From the NCBI GenBank assembly GCA_963707985.1, contig CAVPRW010000032.1, positions 151,919-215,918 of the forward strand: a stretch of 64,000 bases of DNA, read 5' to 3'. Positions 61,394-64,000 of this stretch are shown here, one piece after another. A program made the position numbers and the translations under genes. The notes beneath the pieces are model-generated. The model had not been told where the DNA came from, searched no databases, and saw only the letters and a list, made by a program, of their open reading frames with translations. The DNA is from an uncultured Nitrospinota bacterium (GTDB lineage: Bacteria > Tectomicrobia > Entotheonellia > J063 > CAVPRW01). Numbering within the stretch: position 1 is the stretch's first letter; each line of letters opens with the position of its first letter.

Positions 61394-61558
61394 ACCCATG
61401 AACGAGGCGTTGGAATGGTGAGCGGGACCTCAAGGTCGAACCTATCCGGTCCCGCCTCCACTGCAGGCACAGGATACGTCCTTCTTTGCCGTAGTAGAAG
61501 CCAATCACCCCCTTCGTGCAGATCCAAAGGACCTTATTGGCCACGGTTTCGCCCCTAT

Positions 61559-61592
61559 TCCCCCCTTTGATAAAGGGGGGCCAGGGGGGATT
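61559..61592. repeat. REP-like palindrome of a second family
   Basis: CCCCCCTTTGATAAAGGGGGG-CCAGGGGGGATT between convergent genes. Confidence 0.6.
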
Positions 61593-61762
61593 TACAGGGA
61601 AGGCACTGCATGCCCAAGCAGCTTTCCTGAACATGCACTAGGCCCAGTGCGCGGCCGCGCCGAGGCGGCGCGGCCGGGGAACCCGGGTAGTGCTATGGTT
61701 GGTCTCCCATTGCCGTCGTTGCGTCGACTCGTTTCTTCGTGCACACGAGCGAGGGCGTCAAT

Positions 61763-61969
61763 TCAACCATGGTAGACAGGGCGATCGACATAGGTCTCGC
61801 CGTTCTTGCGCATCCAGGTGAATTCACCAATCTTGATCTGCTCATGCGGTTCGAGTTGGTTATGCACGAATAACCCATGTTCTGTGCACCGCCAGATATA
61901 ATAGCGCGGCAAAAACTCCATTGCCCCCCGACAGATTGGGCAAAAACGAGGCTCGTTTTCCACCATCAA
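61763..61969 (-). CDS. Small Zn-ribbon-like hypothetical protein
   Basis: Strong AAGGAGG RBS; CPIC...CTEH. Confidence 0.7.
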   Translation of the reverse strand: MMVENEPRFCPICRGAMEFLPRYYIWRCTEHGLFVHNQLEPHEQIKIGEFTWMRKNGETYVDRPVYHG

Positions 61970-62189
61970 CTATGTTCCTCCTTCAAGGGCGATGCGCCCG
62001 AAGCGCTCCGCGCGGTTCCGAGCCGGCGCGAGATAGTGACCACGCTAGGCTGTCGTGGCGATCAGCCGAATGGCCAACATTCACGCCGGGCTTGACCTAT
62101 GTTAAGGTCCCATCCCCCCAAGCCGTATGATCTCCTATGGGCCCGGACCGACAGGCTTGTCCGCGATGTGCTCTGTCGAGCGCTACTAC

Positions 62190-62205
62190 AGCAAGCCTTG
62201 TGCCT
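62190..62205 (-). promoter_or_regulatory. sigma54 promoter for the small protein gene
   Basis: Minus strand reads AGGCACAAGGCTTGCT. Confidence 0.7.
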
Positions 62206-62424
62206 GGAGTGACGGGGCAACCAGGGCGCGTGCATGGCGCTCCCCTTAAAGCCTGAGGGACCTGTTGGAAACATTGTACAGGGGGCTGACATAGCTGGGT
62301 GGCGGCGGTGCAGCGCGACAGTCGTCGGCAGCAGAGTGGGCCGACGGCACGGCTCACGAACGGTAGAGAGGACCGGTGGAGCTACACTTGGCAGCGGCTT
62401 CACATGAGACAGCCCAGTACTCTA

Positions 62425-62441
62425 TGGGACAAATTATCCCA
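62425..62441. promoter_or_regulatory. Palindromic activator site
   Basis: TGGGACA-AAT-TATCCCA, with a TGAGACA half-site at 62405. Confidence 0.65.
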
Positions 62442-62641
62442 GTCTTGGTCGCCATACGGTATAATAGCCACCTGAGTAACCGACCTCAGCGAGCTTTATG
62501 CGGGCCATGGCGGCGTCTCAGGTGAGCGATGCGACGCCGGGTTGAGCCGTTTTTCTGATACAGGGCGCTGCTCTTCCGGCGTGACCTGACAACCGCGAGG
62601 CCATGGCTGTCACCAGCCGTCTTCTGGAGGATAGGCGAGCG

Positions 62642-64000
62642 ATGGGCACCACAGGGGAGATCCTGGTCGTCGATGATGATGCGCGCATGCGTGAGCTGGT
62701 CGCCAAAGTGCTGGCGCGGGAAGGCTACACAGTCCGAGCCCTGCCACGTGCTCAAGATGTTCTGCAGGCCTTGGAGGAGGGACCGGCCGACCTCGTCATC
62801 TCCGATATCCGCATGCCAGAGATGGACGGCTTGCTACTACTGCAGGAGGTCAAGCGGTTGGCGCCGGAGACATCGGTGCTCCTCATGACGGCCTTTGGTA
62901 GCATCGACACTGCCGTCCAGGCCATCAAGGCGGGCGCCTATGATTATTTGACCAAGCCGTTCAAGATGGATGAGGTCATTGTCGTGGTGCAGCGCGCCAT
63001 GGAGGAGCGGCGCTTGCGGGCGGAAGTGCAGGCTCTGCGAGAGGAGGTCTGCACCAAGTACAACTTCTCCAACATCCTCGGCAAGAGTAAGCCGATGCTC
63101 GACCTATTCGCCCTCATCAAGAAAGTTGCCGGCAGCCGTAGCACAGTGTTGGTGCAAGGGAAGAGCGGCACAGGCAAGGAGTTGGTGGCGAAAGCCATTC
63201 ATTACAACAGCCCACGTCGCGAGCGCCTGCTGGTGACTGTCAACTGTAGCGCCATTCCAAAGGACTTGCTGGAGAGTGAGCTGTTCGGTCACATTAAAGG
63301 GGCGTTCACGGGTGCCATTGCCAATAAACGTGGTCTGTTCGAGGAGGCCAACGGTGGTTCGCTCTTCCTGGATGAAATCGGCGAGCTGAGCCCCGAGCTG
63401 CAGGTCAAGCTCCTGCGGGTTCTGCAGGAGCGCGAGATTAGGCGCGTCGGTGATACCCGGACCGTCAGCGTCGATGTCCGGCTCATCGCTGCCACCAATC
63501 GCGATCTCGTTCAGGCTGTGCAGGAAGGCATCTTCCGGGAAGATCTATATTATCGGCTCAACGTCATTCCCATTGTTTTGCCCGCCCTCAAGGACCGCGC
63601 CGAGGACATTCCCTTACTTGTCGAGCACTTCCTCATGAAATACGCCAAGGAGGCGGACCCGCCCATCGAAGGCATTTCCAAAGAAGCTCTGCGTCTGCTA
63701 CTTGAGCATGACTGGCCGGGGAACGTGCGGGAGCTGGAAAACGTCATCGAACGGGCGGTCATCCTCGGGCGCGGGCCGCAGCTCCTCCCCGAGGATCTAC
63801 CAGCGCACCTGCGCATCCGTAGCGTGCCAGGGTGGCGCCAGTTACGTGAGGCGAGTACGTCCCGGCCGACGTTGGAAGAGCTAGAGCGCAACTACATCGC
63901 CACGGTCCTGGGAGAAACCCGCTGGCGTCGGATGCAAGCAGCGCACATCCTAGGGATCGATCGGCGCACGCTGTACCGCAAGATCCGCACCTACGGCCTG
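62642..64000 (+). CDS. NtrC-family sigma54 response regulator (stop codon lies beyond the window)
   Basis: Read from the [59 protein letters not shown]. Confidence 0.95.
   Translation, partial: MGTTGEILVVDDDARMRELVAKVLAREGYTVRALPRAQDVLQALEEGPADLVISDIRMPEMDGLLLLQEVKRLAPETSVLLMTAFGSIDTAVQAIKAGAYDYLTKPFKMDEVIVVVQRAMEERRLRAEVQALREEVCTKYNFSNILGKSKPMLDLFALIKKVAGSRSTVLVQGKSGTGKELVAKAIHYNSPRRERLLVTVNCSAIPKDLLESELFGHIKGAFTGAIANKRGLFEEANGGSLFLDEIGELSPELQVKLLRVLQEREIRRVGDTRTVSVDVRLIAATNRDLVQAVQEGIFREDLYYRLNVIPIVLPALKDRAEDIPLLVEHFLMKYAKEADPPIEGISKEALRLLLEHDWPGNVRELENVIERAVILGRGPQLLPEDLPAHLRIRSVPGWRQLREASTSRPTLEELERNYIATVLGETRWRRMQAAHILGIDRRTLYRKIRTYGL

Noticed and set aside
1..64000. tRNA or rRNA genes
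   Set aside because: No cloverleaf with a T-loop GTTCRA and acceptor stem, and no rRNA-like sequence, was recognised by eye; tRNAscan-SE and barrnap would be decisive.

Overview
GC-rich bacterial chromosomal window; the taxon cannot be established from sequence alone. Several otherwise intact genes carry single-base frameshifts, which suggests an error-prone assembly. 1-8.5 kb: minus-strand integron gene-cassette array with about 10 attC sites and no integrase in the window. It carries three toxin-antitoxin pairs, a HEPN-like gene, a PD-(D/E)XK nuclease two-gene cassette, a methyltransferase, a hydrolase-cyclase fusion, two ORF-less cassettes and a 95-bp MITE inside an attC, and it is cut at its upstream end by nested IS remnants. 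8.5-16 kb: dead IS4-family element, an IS110 N-terminal domain fused to a TM helix and an Ig-like domain, a HisKA_3/LuxR two-component pair, gene remnants and a VNTR coiled-coil gene. 16-27 kb: copA, ccmABCDEFGHI and a Rieske gene, with REP-like palindromes. 27-48 kb: metabolic genes, an ECF sigma factor, and a kinase/sigma54-activator pair followed by a sigma54 promoter and a two-hairpin candidate sRNA. 48.7-64 kb: hpt, P-type ATPase, two USPs, aminotransferase, ftsH, a globin-GAF-PAS kinase, a CBS protein and an NtrC-type activator, linked by repeated sigma54 promoters and a shared TGGGACA-N3-TGTCCCA palindrome; this is a candidate O2-responsive sigma54 regulon.
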